Below are positions 36,331-49,886 of a stretch of DNA of 64,000 nucleotides, one piece after another. The notes beneath the pieces are model-generated. The model did not search any database. It was not told the origin of the DNA and was given only the letters and a program-made list of their open reading frames with translations. Within the stretch, counting starts at the first letter, position 1; every line of letters begins with the position of its first letter. The stretch comes from Anolis carolinensis (taxonomy: Eukaryota). Both the position numbers and the translations under genes were made by a program. The DNA lies in contig NC_085841.1 of the NCBI RefSeq assembly GCF_035594765.1, positions 14,615,636 to 14,679,635 of the forward strand, given 5' to 3'.

Positions 36331-37528
36331 GAACTAACAATCCATACTTAATCAATCTGAAAGTTTAAACATTTATTATTTAAGGATCATGTGGATAGAC
36401 CTGTTAGAAGAAAGTAGCCTTTAATGCTAATGATATATCCAGCTGTCAAATATCTGCCTTGAACTGTATTATATGAGGCTACACTGCCATATAATCCAGT
36501 TAAAAGCAGATAATCTGAGTTTTATATGGCAGTATAGAAGGGGTTGCATATCCCTTGGAAATAGAATTACCTTTGCCTAAGTTTCTTCTAAACAAGCCCC
36601 AATCCTAGAAAAAAGTGTGGATGTAACCCTTGGATTATGCATAACTGGTTTAGTTTGGTTGGACAAATAACAAATATGGACAATGCTGGTGGTGACCAAT
36701 AGAAAGCTCCTTTTTATCTCAATGATACTGCTAACAATGGTGTAATCTAAATGAAGCCCAATGAGAGTATCTCCAAAACCTTTTATACATTTGCCTTTTT
36801 ATAAATGCAGTTTTATAAGCACAAAACTAACACCAGTGAGAACATGTGCAGAACAAAATAAATTGGTAACAGAAAAACAATTCTTTGCCTGTACAACCTA
36901 ATTTTCTATAGGGAATTTCAGAAAGCCTAAGGAAAACAATGGGAAGTGATCCTATCTGTGTATTCAGCACTAATATCATTCCAGTTGTCCTTTGTGTTTT
37001 ATCTGTATTCTTTCTGGGATTTTTTTTTTGCTCTCTCTCTCTCTCTCTCACCCCTTCTGCTTTTAATCTTTTGCTTCACAGTTGTGGCTAAATGTCCTGG
37101 AGGATGGCCCATTTTTTCTTGATATCTACACAAACCTTCTGCCTTACTTGATTTTATTTTATTTTTGGTGGAGGTGGAGAGAGCCTAATTGCCTGCTATT
37201 GTCAACAAAAGACAAAAAGTATTTTCATGGGGTGTTTCATTTCTTCTCCTCTATTTGCAAGTTAAGATAGAATTCAGAATGTAATCAAATGTGTAAATTA
37301 TTGTTTGGGCTTCACCAAACAATGGCCCACAAACATAATTCCAGAACTGTGAGCAATAAAACAGTACATAGAAGCGTTCTTCAGTTCTAATTTCTCATCA
37401 CATTTTCGGCTTACAAATATTTGCAGATTAGGAGGAAAAAGGAGAGAACAATGGAAGGACTGACAGTAGAGATACATTACATTAATTCTCACTCATCTAT
37501 ACTAGTTTCCAAGTTGTTTTCAGGGCCA

Positions 37529-38082
37529 ATTCAAAGGGTGCTCACCAATGTTTCCTCTTCATCCTGGAAAGAAGTGACGAGTGGAGTGCCAAATAGTTCT
37601 GTCCTGGGCCCGGTTCTGTTCAACATTTTTATTAATGACATAGATGAAGGGCTAGAAGGCATGATCATCAAGTTTGCAGATGACACCAAATTGGGATGGA
37701 TAGCTAATACTCCAGAAGATAGGAGCAGAATCCAAAACAATCTTAACAGATTAGAGAGATGCGTCAAAACTTACAAAATGAACTTCAACAGGGACAAATG
37801 CAAGGTACTCCACTTCTGCAGAAAACATGAAATACAAAGATACAGAAGGTGGGATACCTGGCTCGACAGCAGTACGTGTGAAAAAGATCTTGGAGTCCTC
37901 GTGGGAAACAAGTTAAACATGAGCCAGCAATGCGATGCGGTGGCGGAAAAAAAAAAAGCCAATGGGATTTTGGCCTGTATAAATATCATGTCTCCTCTCA
38001 GCCATCTCTTCTGCAGGCTAAACATGCCCAGCTCTTTAAGCCGCTCCAGATCCTTGATCAGTTTATTCGTCCTTCTCTGGAC

Positions 38083-38131
<49 letters not shown>

Positions 38132-38460
38132 TATTTTTCTATCCCACCTCCCTCTCCCTGAAGTCATAGGGAGGAGGGAGCAAGCTTGTTTTCTGCTGAC
38201 CTGGAGACTAGGATGCGGAACAACGGCTTCAAACTACAAGGAAGGAGATTCCACCTGAACATCAGGAAGAACTTCCTCACTGTGAAAGCTGTTCAGCAGT
38301 GGAATTCTCTGCTCCTGAGTGTGGTGGAGGCTCCTTCTTTAGCGCTTTTAAGCAGAGCCTGGATGTCCATCTGTTGGAGGTGCTTTGAATGTGATTTTGC
38401 TGCTTCTTGGGGGTTGGACTGGATGGCCCACGAGGTCTCTTCCAACTCTATGATTCTATG
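37529..38460 (+). mobile_element. CR1 LINE 3' portion with internal inversion/deletion
   Basis: [33 protein letters not shown]; 37986-38083 is antisense CR1; tail CTCTATGATTCTATGA. Confidence 0.92.
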
Positions 38461-39261
38461 ACTCTAAAGTACCCATGTCTACTGGTAAAGGCTCAAACAG
38501 CTTGGACATCACTGACATTAGATGATTATTTATTGATTTGCTCATTTAATATCACAACCTTTGCCCAGCACAGCAGACAATTTACAACCATTTAAAAACA
38601 TCTTACCACTCAAAAAAGATAAATACAAATGTTAAAACATGATTAAATCACAGCTCTGTTTAAAATACAAAAAGTACAAAACAGTTTTAAAATGCATTTA
38701 AAATAATAAAACATAGCACACGCCCAGTAAAAGCGCCATATACTGCAACAAGTTAAAAACTAACTAAATAATCTTTGCCTGCTGGTAGAAAGTTAGCAGA
38801 GAGCGAACCAACTAAATCTTTCACACAAAGGAATTGCACAACTTGGGAACAATCACCAAGAAGGCCTTTTTGCATGAAAGCAGTCTGGTCTAGTTCTATA
38901 TCCTTTCAGCTCACATAATGAGAGAGAGGGCAACATCAGAACATTTTGCTATCTGAATTGAAAAGCAGAAGAACTTTCCTCTATTCCATACGTATTTAAA
39001 CCAATTGGATTGGCAGTTGAATTTTACTCCACATTGGAGGGGGCACAAGATAGGCCATGTAAACTAGAGCTGAGTGGTACCAACCCTTCACTATTTCATC
39101 CTTGCATGCAAGGATAAACATTTACAGTAGTTTTTTCTCAACAACAGTAGTCTTTTCTCACCAAAATGAATATTCATCTGCAGTACTCTCCTTTGTTCAA
39201 ATGTTACAAAGGAGGAGAAAATACTGTATTTACTCGAGTATAATGTGCCACTGAATGTAAT

Positions 39262-39753
39262 GGGCCGGGCTGTGGGCCGGGCTGTGGCGCAGCTGGCTAG
39301 TAACCAGCTGCAATAAATCACTACTGACTGAGAGGTCATGAGTTCGAAGCCCGGGTCGGGTTAAGCCCCCGACCATTAAATAGCCCAGCTTGCTGTTGAC
39401 CTATGCAGCCTCGAAAGACAGTTGCATCTGTCAATTAGGGAAATTTAGGTACGCTTTATGCGGGAGGCTAATTTAACTAATTTACAACATCATAAAACTG
39501 CCAGCAAAACACGAGGAAAGGAATGAGGAAGTACAGCCACCAGTGGACAGTGAAGCAACAGCTCCCCCTGTGGCCGGAATCGTGAAGCTGGAAAAAAATG
39601 TTAAATGCCTCTGTGTCTGTCTATATATGTTGTTTGTCTGTTGGCATTGAATGTTTGCCATATATGTGTTCATTGTAATCCGCCCTGAGTCCCCTTCAGG
39701 GTGAGAAAGAAGGGCGGAATATAAATACTGTAAATAAATAAATAAATAAATAA
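39262..39753 (+). mobile_element. Full-length Anolis-SINE2-like SINE (tRNA head, L2-like tail)
   Basis: A-box TGGCGCAGCTGG, B-box GAGTTCGAAGCC, tail CCGCCCTGAGTCCCCTTC...(TAAA)n; probable GTAAT TSD. Confidence 0.88.
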
Positions 39754-39813
39754 GTAATGTGTGCCTCAGTTTAGAAGGTAAGCATTACCAAAAAAGGATT
39801 TGCTGTTCAATGT

Positions 39814-40106
39814 AATTAAGGTGCACAGTAGATTCGATGGAGCATTAGAATCATGCACTTAAATGTGTTTGTACTGTTGAGCAAAAGATCTCAGCTGGGG
39901 ACAGAAGAGAGAGAGGCAGTGGTGGCCATGATGGGAAGGCCTGAATGGGAAGGCCTGAATTAGAAACATGGCTTCCCACCAGGCCTTTTCATGGCCACCA
40001 CTGCCTCTCTCTCTTCTGTCCCCAGCTGAGATCTTTTGCTCAACAGCACAGACACATTTAAGTGCATGATTCTAATGCTCCATCTAATCTACTGTGCACC
40101 TTAATT
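39814..40106. repeat. Inverted repeat, 118-bp arms (39814-39931 / 39989-40106), 57-bp spacer
   Basis: Direct comparison shows 3 mismatches in 118 bp. Confidence 0.95.
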
Positions 40107-40462
40107 TTAGCTATGTAATTTATCCCCAAAAGGTAAGCATTAGATTCAAGTAAATATGGTACTTTATAGAGGAAAGTATGTATTTTGTGTATGTGTGGAC
40201 CCCCTTTACTGATTGTCATTGCTCATCTTTTCCATTTAAACAGCTGTCCTGTTTAAGGATGACAAGTGCCTAGGTGAGCACACCTACCATCAAAAAATAA
40301 GCAAACAAACAAAGACAAAACCTGCAGTGGGAAAACCAGGTCAGTCCCAGGGCTTATACAGGGTTAGAAGCAGGAGTGTAGTTCAGATAGTCCGAGGCTC
40401 AAAGATTAAAAACAGTCTTGAACACAGTCCAAATCCCAAAAGATAATTTGTTGTTGTTGTTG

Positions 40463-40508
<46 letters not shown>

Positions 40509-42647
40509 GTTTATTTATACCCTGCTTTTTGTCTCCACAGGAAACTCAGAGATACCAGAAATTTTAGTCCAAAGCTACATGCTAATGCTCAGAGATCCAC
40601 AAAACCAGAAATATCAGACAAGGTTGTATGGAAGCAATGAAATGGTTTGAGTTGAGCTAATTTATAGCCAACAGTCAATCAGCCCAGCTAACCTCAATGG
40701 CTCATCGTCCATTATTTTAAGTTAAGCAGGTTCTTTGCTGACCCTTTGCTCCCAGTGCTTTTATTTATGACACTTGATGGGATGAAGTGCCTCTGCCACC
40801 TCCTTCCAATCTGCAACTGCAGTCTGGGTTGGACATAACTCTGTTTCCTGCCATAACAGGTCTGCCAGCTTCCTTTGTCTCCAATTAGAGCCTGTCATTT
40901 TAACACTCGCTCTTCCATTTAAGGAAGCCTCCACATAGGATTTGACATCGGCACTTCCTGGTTTTAGCACTGACCATTCAAGTTGCAGAAAGCTCCTCTT
41001 GTCCCCCATTTCACAGAGGTAAGATCAAACGAAGACACAGCATACATCTTGGATGTGCATAGGACTATCTATTCTGTTGCTTTTGTGTTATGGTGGTCAC
41101 TTGTCATCAAGTCAACTTCAACTTGTGGTGACACTATGAATGAACCAAGAGCCTCAGTTGTCAACTGCCCTTCTTAAGTCTTGCATACGCATGACCATTG
41201 TTTCCTTGACTGAATCAAGGATTGATTGATGGAGTATTTGATGAACTGTATCATATTCTACAGTAGGTTACAAATCCACTTACATTTCTTCGTATGATGA
41301 GCCAAATGCTCTTCTTAAACAGAAGTTTTCCCTTTTGCTGCCCAATTTCAGCAGCATCACTCATTAATGGATCGCAGTGGCATGGTTTTCAGAAGTACCT
41401 TGAACTGGTACACATGCAGTCTTTGGGCTGTGTATTTTCCACTGCTGCTATAATATATTGTTGCATGTGAGATGCAAAGGGTCAGCTGTTTAATCTTAGA
41501 TACCTGGGAGAAAAATAATAAGTGCATTTATAGGGAAAAAAGCACAGTGAAAAATGCTAACAATGCTGGATAGGATAATAAATGCCTTTTGATTTGGCCC
41601 ATCATGTAGAAGTTTACTTGCCCATAACATCCACTGGGCATTCTATGCATAGCTCTGCTAGTGATGCTTCCAAAATGTGTAATTAATTGTTACATATTTC
41701 AAACATAGATTGTTCACATTTCCCATGTGTATAATAAGCCCTGAATGATCCACCAAAATTATAACATTTCCCTAATTAGGACTGAGATTTATAACAACTT
41801 AATTTCTCATAACTATGGAGCTGAAATAAATAATTCAGCAACTAGTGTCATTTTTTGCATGCTCAGATGGTGTTTGGTTAGTTAGCAAACTTTGCACGCC
41901 TATACTCAATTATTATTAGTTTGCAGACTTTTCTATTGTTTACTTTTCCATTATTATTTCTTTTCCTGCATCCCTCCAATTTATTGTCATTTTCTTCTTT
42001 CTTTTTCTCCTTCTTTAATTATTTGATCACTGACAGACATTTGTATGTAAAACTATTCCTATATGTTAAACAAAGAACACCAAGTTTAACTTTTTATTCT
42101 GTTGGAGCTGCTGGGCATGGGTGGAAATTGGACTGGTTTTTGTTCAATTTTTGCCCACTTTCTCAGAGATCCAGTACTATCTTTCATATTTCCCAAATAG
42201 GTCTATTGTAACCTCTTAGTTGTGCCTGGACATTAAATAGTCTACTGTTTTTATGTAGTCAGAATGATATTAATTTACATTATTAGAAACACTTTGCCAA
42301 ATAAAACTGTTTACAAATTTAAAGGTTGGCAGCTAGAATATTCAAGATCTGCAATGCCCCATTTCCACTTCCCCAGATTTCTGCAGTCAATAGCCAACTT
42401 CCTCTTTGGAAACAAAATTAAACACGCAATCACATTATATTGGGGGGAAATGGGCAGTTTGTTGGCCTGGTTATGGGGACATAGGACTAAAAAGAAGAAG
42501 ATTCCCTGCAGAGTTCAGTGAATATGTTTGTTAATTTTAGGCTGAAAAGTGTGGGTGGGTATTTGTAGGAGATTCGGAGTATTCCGTGGAATTGAGGGTG
42601 TGTCTATGGGGTGGTGGAAGATCACAGAATTTCCACTACTGCTTTGA

Positions 42648-44198
42648 AAGAACTTGTTGCTTGCCTGTAACTGTGTTTCTTCAAGTGGTGATCTGTGAAA
42701 GTCGCACATATGGGTTTACTTTGCACATGCGCAATGCAGTTCAGAAACATTTTGATGGTAGCCCCGCCTACTCTCCCAGAGTATATATATGCCCAAAGGC
42801 GGGGCTACAGCCTAAGTTCCCCCAGCCACTGACTGGCAGCAAAGGAGAAGAGGCATGATGACAGTGGGGAGGATGGGCAGGGATGTACAAATTTCACAGA
42901 TCACCACTCGAAGAAACACAGGTAAGCAACTCCTTCTTCTTTGTGGTGTCTGTGAAATCGCACATATGGGTGACTAGTAGCTACCCGCTGTGGAAGGCGG
43001 GATCATGCCTCTGAGGAGAAGAGTACAGTTCTGCCAAAGGCAGCCTCCTTTTTGGAAATGGAATCCAGCTTGTAGTGGCCATGAGAGGAATGGGCCATGT
43101 TGCCGCTCAGCAAATGGACCCTCCACAGGAAGGCTTGAGAGATTGCCATTGCTCTGACTGAATGGGCCTTCAGCTGCTGTGGAGGTTGCTTGCTAGAGAA
43201 CTGACAGGAGAGGTGTATAGTAGCTGTGATTCAAGGGGAGGAACATTGAGAGGATACTGGAGAGCCTAAGGCATCCTTATGGTTCTTAAGAAACAGCCTG
43301 GGTGTTTTTCTGTGAGATGACGTTCTGTGGACATAAAGGTGAGGGCTCGCCAAACATTCAGGGAATGAAGGAACACTGCTAAATGTGAGGAATGATTCTG
43401 AAAGAAGACCGGCAGGATGATATCCTGGCACATGTGGAAACTAGACACCACTTTATGAAGGAAGCCACATCCATTTACAGGACAAACTTATCTTTCTGGA
43501 AATGTAGGTAGATAGGGTCTGCTCTTAGTGTGCACATTTCAGAAGTTACAACTACTAGGGAAGCTGTATTCCCATAGTGGTAAGTCAGGTCATTAGAAGT
43601 CATGGGTTCAAATGGAGTGAAATGGAGTTGAGATAGGACTAATTTCAACCCCATGCTGTAGGTGGGGGGAGGGGTAGTGACTGGTGATTACACATTTTTA
43701 TAACCTCTGAGAAAAGGGTGGATAAGGGGATCCAGGAAGCAGGATGGTTCCCTACTTTCCTGCAGTACCAAGAGACTGCTGCTAAGTAACATTTGAGTAA
43801 AAAGAGGGATAAGCTTCTATGTGACAAATGGGTCAGGAAGTTCAGGATTACTGGAGTGGGAGCTGCAATAGGACCAAGGTGGAATTGTTTCACAATGGAA
43901 ACAAAGTGTGATCACTCATAAGTATAAGATTTTTTGGTTGATGCCTTCTGGACAGCTTCAATGAATAGCTCCATTACCCCCAAGAGTTGGGAAGTGGCCA
44001 GATCCTCCACGCCGTGAAGCGGAGAGGAGCCAGGTTTGGATGGCGGGTCAAGACAGCTTGTTGTGCATATATACTCTCTGGGAGAGTAGGCAGGGCTACT
44101 ATGAAAATGTTTCAATAGAAAAGATCTAGAAGGTTCCAAACTACATTGCACATGAGCAAAGCAAACCCATATGTGTATTTCACAGACACCATGAGGAA
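42648..44198 (-). mobile_element. DIRS1-type tyrosine-recombinase retrotransposon, internally deleted and decayed
   Basis: Inverted terminal repeats (~42675-42790 vs ~44065-44198), ICR at ~42890-42971, YR motifs LKCYLAAVS, PFEPM, FLHKVVSSFH..QDIILP, LHSLNVWRAL, AHSVRAMA, HYKLD. Confidence 0.88.
43010..43965 (-). pseudogene. DIRS tyrosine recombinase, frameshifted
   Basis: Catalytic HxxR (AHSVR, ~43155-43168) and Tyr (HYKLD, ~43063-43077) recognisable; many stops and frameshifts. Confidence 0.85.
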
Positions 44199-44429
44199 AA
44201 AGAATAAATCATGTAGGAAAAGTGGAAAGAATATTTGAAGACTGAGAAAACAAATAAAAAATGGCTTCTCAAAATCCTAGTGACCAAAATTTTCTTGAAG
44301 CCTATTTCTTATTTTCCCCGAGTGTTAGAATAGGCTCAATTCAAAGAAAGCAAATGTGACCTTACTCTGCATAGTTTCCAAGTCAAGGAAAGTAATATGT
44401 TTTTCTGCACTAGTCGGGCTTCATTTGGA

Positions 44430-44890
44430 GTAATAAGTTTTGTTCTGGGCAACTCAGTTTAAGAAAGATAAAGAAATTGGAGCACGTTCAGTGAAGGTTA
44501 ATGTAGGATGATAAGAGGTATGGAGCACAAAACATATATGGAACGGTTGAAGGAGCTAGGCATGTTCAACTTGGTGAAGACCGAGGGTTGGTATGATTGA
44601 AACTTTTAAACCCCTCAGGATCTATCACACAAAGGAAGCGGCTGGTTTGACCTCTGCAGCAGGATCGGTTCTAATGTTTGAAGTTACAAGAGTGTAGGTT
44701 TCAATTAAGCATTAGAAAGGACATCTTGACAGTGAAAGTGACTCAGCAATTGCCTAAAGAGGTGGAGAGGTCTGCTTTTCTACATGTCTTCAGAAAGGCT
44801 GAAGAGCTATTTGCTGGAGTTGCTTTAGCTGAAGATCTTGCATTGGGAAAGGGTTGGACTTATCACTCATGAGTTCCTTTCCAATTCTAT
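44430..44890 (+). mobile_element. Old CR1 3' fragment
   Basis: FKKDKEIGARS..ERLKELGMFNL.., KLQECRFQLSIRK. Confidence 0.75.
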
Positions 44891-45883
44891 TATTATATGT
44901 CTTGAGATCTATACTCACATTCTTTTCAGCCCAGACTTTTTTCCTGCTTTCTCCAATGTGTCCATGTAATAACTTGTCAGAAAGCAGGAGACATCTGATC
45001 AAAGGATCTCCAGAAGACCCATGTGGGCATACAGTCTGATCTTCCATACTCAACATCTCCCACCTCTTTCTGTCCAGCCACTACATGGCCAGAAAGGGAG
45101 CAAGAAAAATGTGTGCTCTTATGTGGATGTCATTTTCAACATCTTATTAGAATATCTTCAAAATAGCATTGTCTCTACAAAATTTCTCATATTCCTCTGC
45201 AGGAATGAATAATTTCAGCAAGCTTATCTCTATATCTATGGAGAATAATATATGATAATTTATTGCCTCTTGCCCATGAGACCTCCTAAACAGGTATGCT
45301 GTTTCCACCTCTAAGCCTATCAAATTCTCCAGATACAAGCACCTAAATTTAGCCATAGTTTGAAATCTAATTGTGCAAAAGAGCTTTCGTTCAAGCTTGT
45401 AAGTTCTGGAGTAAAAGACTGGGAGAGTTGAATACTGAGGATTTCGCTAATGTATTAAATGTAAGTTGAGGTTTGTCAGTCATTCAACTCTCCTGTTTGT
45501 TGTTCTGTGTCTTTAAGCCATTTGTTGACTTGAAGGTTTACCTTGACACTAAGATGAACATACCATAAGGTCTTTTGTCAAGATTTGTTCCAAAAAGGCT
45601 TACTATTTCTTTTCTCTGAGACTTAGAGAATGTGACTTAGCCAGAATAACGTAGTGGGTTTCATGGCTAAGCAGAGATCAAACCTTGGTCTCCAGAGTCA
45701 TAGCCCAACACTCCCAATTACTATACAAAACTGGTTCCTTCTTTGGACTCTAACCATGATCAACTCATAAGATACAAATATCGCAACAAATTTTCTTACT
45801 TTTCAAGGGAAAGCTGTCTTCAGTAAAATGTAGACACTGCTTGGATGAAACTAGACATTAAAAAGAATTTATATTCTCTATAA

Positions 45884-46060
45884 CAGGGGGGTCAAACTCA
45901 TTTTCACCAAGAGCCACCTCGGCCTTATGGTTGCCTTCAAAGAGCCATTTCTAATTGTATAAATGTAACTATGTTGACCTGTCAATGAAAGCCTCATGGA
46001 CCACATAAAATGATGTGGCAGGCTGAATTCAGCCCGTGAGCCTTGCGTTTAACATGTATG
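45884..46060. mobile_element. hAT MITE (old)
   Basis: CAGGGGGGTCAAAC start; 8-bp flanks CTCTATAA / CTCTACAA. Confidence 0.65.
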
Positions 46061-49000
46061 CTCTACAATTAATCTGTTTCCCTTGAGTTAACTGGGATTT
46101 CCTCAGTGGCATTGCCTCAGAGAATCAGAATTGCCATGTTTATTTAGTATGGTCAGTTATAAAAGCAAGCAAGCTAGTTAAACACAAAATATATTGATGA
46201 GGAATATCACGTGCTATGGCAAACAGGCTATTCACCACTTCAGAGGGCATATCCACAATACAACAGTAACATTATTGCAGAAAAATAATCATTGCAGCTG
46301 GACCATTACTTTTGATGAGATTCTCTAACATGCAACAAGGTATTCATCCAGCTGCCAATTTGCCTTCCCCCATGATGCTTCCATCCCTAGCTATCAACAA
46401 GTAGACTTCATCAATAGCTCCCAATCCTGCAGTGTTCCTGTGCTTTGGTGCTATGGGTTCCTTCTACCTCTGTGCTGGCATGGTGGCCGTAACAAGATAT
46501 CAGGTGGCAATATTCATCTCCTCTCTCCACTCTTCTTCAGTATTCCTAAAGTTTTCCTTTTATATGTTTTTATTTATAACCACCTTTCTATATAAAAAGA
46601 CAATTGTGCTAAAAATTAAAAGTAAAGGGAATGTAAGGTTATGATGATTTGCAGAAGTATAATAATAGAATCACAGAATAGCAAATTGGTGCAATTGCAC
46701 CATTAAAGAAAGGTGTGATGTCTATCTGCTCAATCTGGGATATTATCCACTATATATGCTAACAGAACTGTACCAGAATAAGCAGGTTGGTGAACGTTTC
46801 AACACAAAATAAAAATATGCTAAAATGTATTTTTTTAGTTGGATTGAGAGCCAATTCTGTGAAAGCAAAAGATTTATTATGGACAAGAGAGGCTCAACTC
46901 AGGAATGGATAAGCAAGGGAGAAGTCTGATCGAGAGGCCACCAGAAAAGCCAGGGCTGGTAGAAGGCTGGATTGCTGGATTTTACACAGTTGCCTGTGTC
47001 AGCTAGACAAAAAATTTGGCTGCCAATCTCAAGCTGCGTAACAATTCTTCCACCAAAATGTAGAAACAGCACAGATTTCACCCAACAGGGTCTTTATTTG
47101 TGACACTGCCTTGTGAGTAGAAGCCTAGAAGGCAGATGTTCTTCTAATCTCTGCTGATTGCTTCCTGATTGCCAGTTCAGTTGTCCTTCTTCAGCCATTT
47201 AGAATTGCCATCTGGGAAATCAGCAAATTCTATATTCATTAGAATATAGAAACCCTAAGTCAGGTACTGTATCAAAATGTATTTCTCAGCAAATTTCTTT
47301 CTTTTTCCTCTTTTTAAAAATGAACCCAATTAGGCAACAAGCTGATCTGCCAAAATATATTGATCACTTGAACTGCAGAGAATACTAAGTTAGTTGCCAC
47401 ATGGGCAATCTCATACGGTTAAAGTACTTTGCTATTAAGCAAATGCCCATGCTGAGGCAGAATGTTACTAAAGCCAAGTGAAATTATTATTCCCTTGAGA
47501 GGGGAAAATTCTCCAATGTGCCACTTATATTCTTACTTAGGAAGTGGAGCAGCACATGAGAGCATCTTGCTCTTATCTCCTATCACTGAACAGAGATAAC
47601 AGTGAAAATTCTTCCTTGACTGAGGGTGCATCTATACTGTATTATTCATGCAAATTAACACCACCATCATGCAAAATAACTCCCATGACTTATTGCTATG
47701 GAATTCTAGGATTTGTTGTTTGTTAAGGCACCAACAGTATTTGGCAGAAAAGGCTAAGGATCATGTAAAACTACAACTCCAATGATTCCCTAGCATTTAG
47801 TTATACTGTTTTTTCATCTCGAATTCCTAGCATTTTGCCCAGTCCCCCCTGCATTTTGTCCTTGTTCTTGTTTTTTTTATTATCAGATATACTTGTTACT
47901 GTGTATGTTTACATGGAAACTTGTGCATTATGTTCAGACATTTTCCTTAATGTGTAAATTTGTAATATCTGACAAATACATTTCCCTCATTGAACCACAG
48001 GTACTTTTGCATTTTTTCCCAGTTCTGCATTTTTTGGCCATTTGTAGTTTAAAATGTGATGATCCAGTGCATAATTTATTTTTCCAAAATTCTTTGCCAA
48101 CCTGGAAATTCTTGGGGTGAGGTTGGTTTGACTTTTCAAAATGTGTCTTGGGAGATATTAAAAAGCTGTTTTGGTTAGGCTGTAGAGTTTTTTAAAATCC
48201 ATCTCCGGTTTAGTGAAAAGCGACAGGCTTTCTCATTTCAGTTTTCTCCCTGTTTAATTGTTTCTGATAAGAGTCATATCGGAATTGTCACACCATTGTC
48301 ACTGAAGTCAGATCCATCAGTTGGGGAATTATGTGAGTGTATTTCTATTTATTTTTAAGTGTCATGTAATAATCAATTCATTTACTCTCCATTGTAACAC
48401 AATGAATCATAATGAATGTATTTGCATAATGCATGGTTTCACATATATTCAATTATAATTCAGCATTTGCTAAATGTACCATGGAAATCCAACAGTTCTA
48501 AGCACAGACCAGCTGGTTTGAAAATGCACACAAGGCATCTTGGCAAGATAGCTTGTGCCAACTTTTTCCTTCATCCTACTCTCTGCCAACACTCCTGAAT
48601 GAGTGCTCTTTATCCTTCTTTAGCTTGAGCTGGTTGTGACATCTCCCATTGTTTCTGTCATGCTCCAATTTGCAGATGCCACAGACTAGTGCCAAGCAAA
48701 AAATAAAAATGGCCTTCTAAAATTCTCCAGGGAGAGAACAAATTCTACAATGTTTCTTGGAAGGAGAGTTCAGCAGTAACAGTGGAAGTGCCCAAGTTTC
48801 TCTCTTTATGATGAAGAGTTTTTTGCTAGTATTTCAGGAAGCAAAGGAGTAAGAATTCCACCAACTTTTACTGTGCATTGTTCATAATTATGTATGGGGA
48901 AAGGTGTTTTGTGTAGGGTAATTTTCTGACACACTTTAGAATGTGTAAATTCCAGGCAAAAACAACTGAAAATTGTTGCCATGATATTATTCCTCCTGAC

Positions 49001-49775
49001 CAGGTCTCACAAGTGTAGCAATATCCAGCAAAATGAATTACCACATGAATCACCATCCCTACCTTGAAAGGAGTTTGAATGTCGTTGTACAAACTATCCA
49101 ATTGTTTTCATTGAGGAACTTATGCAACCTTGTTGTGATCTGAACATTTTACCATACTGTTCAAAAAGAAATGCTCATTTCTGGCCAGGTTTTGTAGTTA
49201 AAGCTGTTCTCGGCATGGAGAAGTTGTTTTTCTTCCCTGTCATATAGCTGTTAAAGATAAGGAACATTTTAGAGAAAGAAAGAGGGATTGCAACCTTGAA
49301 TATAGAGATATTCAAGGATATTAAGAAGCACACTGAACTATCTTGCTCAGGACAGAAGCAGCATGTCCAACAGCTAGGCAGTGAGGGCAAGATCTCTAGG
49401 ACAAAAACTGTCACCTTCAATGCCAGTTTGCCTCCCTCAAGCGATAAAGTCCTTAATTCCGTAGAAATACCAGTGCTGGAATTTCGAGTTAAATTAGTCA
49501 CTTTTCATGAAAAACACAAATCTAATTAAGGTGGCCCTTTTTTATTGGCATGCATCTGGCTTAAGTGATAACTTATTGCATCTTAATCCCCCCCCCCCCC
49601 CAATTATATGTGTCTGTGTACCAATAGAGCTGGGTGAAAACACTATTTCAGTTTTTCTCCCTATTTGGGATGGAAAGAATGAGCAGGCATGTTTTTCCCC
49701 TTTCCAGACAGTGTGCTGCCATAGCAACACACTCCAACATCTGCAACCTGGAGGCAGAAAAGATGTAAATCTATA

Positions 49776-49886
49776 TGCTGCTGCTGCTCAGTCATTTAGT
49801 CGTCTTCAACTCTTCGTGACCTCATGGACCAGTCCACGCCAGAGCTCACTGTCGGCCGTCACCGCCCCCAGTTCCTTCAAGGTCAA
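49776..49886 (-). mobile_element. RTE/Bov-B-like LINE 3' end
   Basis: (GCT)n then CAGTCATTTAGTCGTCTTCAACTCTTCGTGACCTCATGGACCAG, the reverse of an RTE-type tail. Confidence 0.7.

Larger units (their letters stand above)
39224..40159. mobile_element. Tc1/mariner-type MITE hosting a SINE and a long palindrome
   Basis: TA flanks; TIRs CTGTATTTACTCGAGTATAATG and (reverse complement) CCATATTTACTTGAATCTAATG, 17/22. Confidence 0.7.

Noticed and set aside
37421-38161. 246-aa ORF as an intact RT gene
   Set aside because: Partial CR1 RT running into an inverted segment and an (AAT)n poly-Ile artefact
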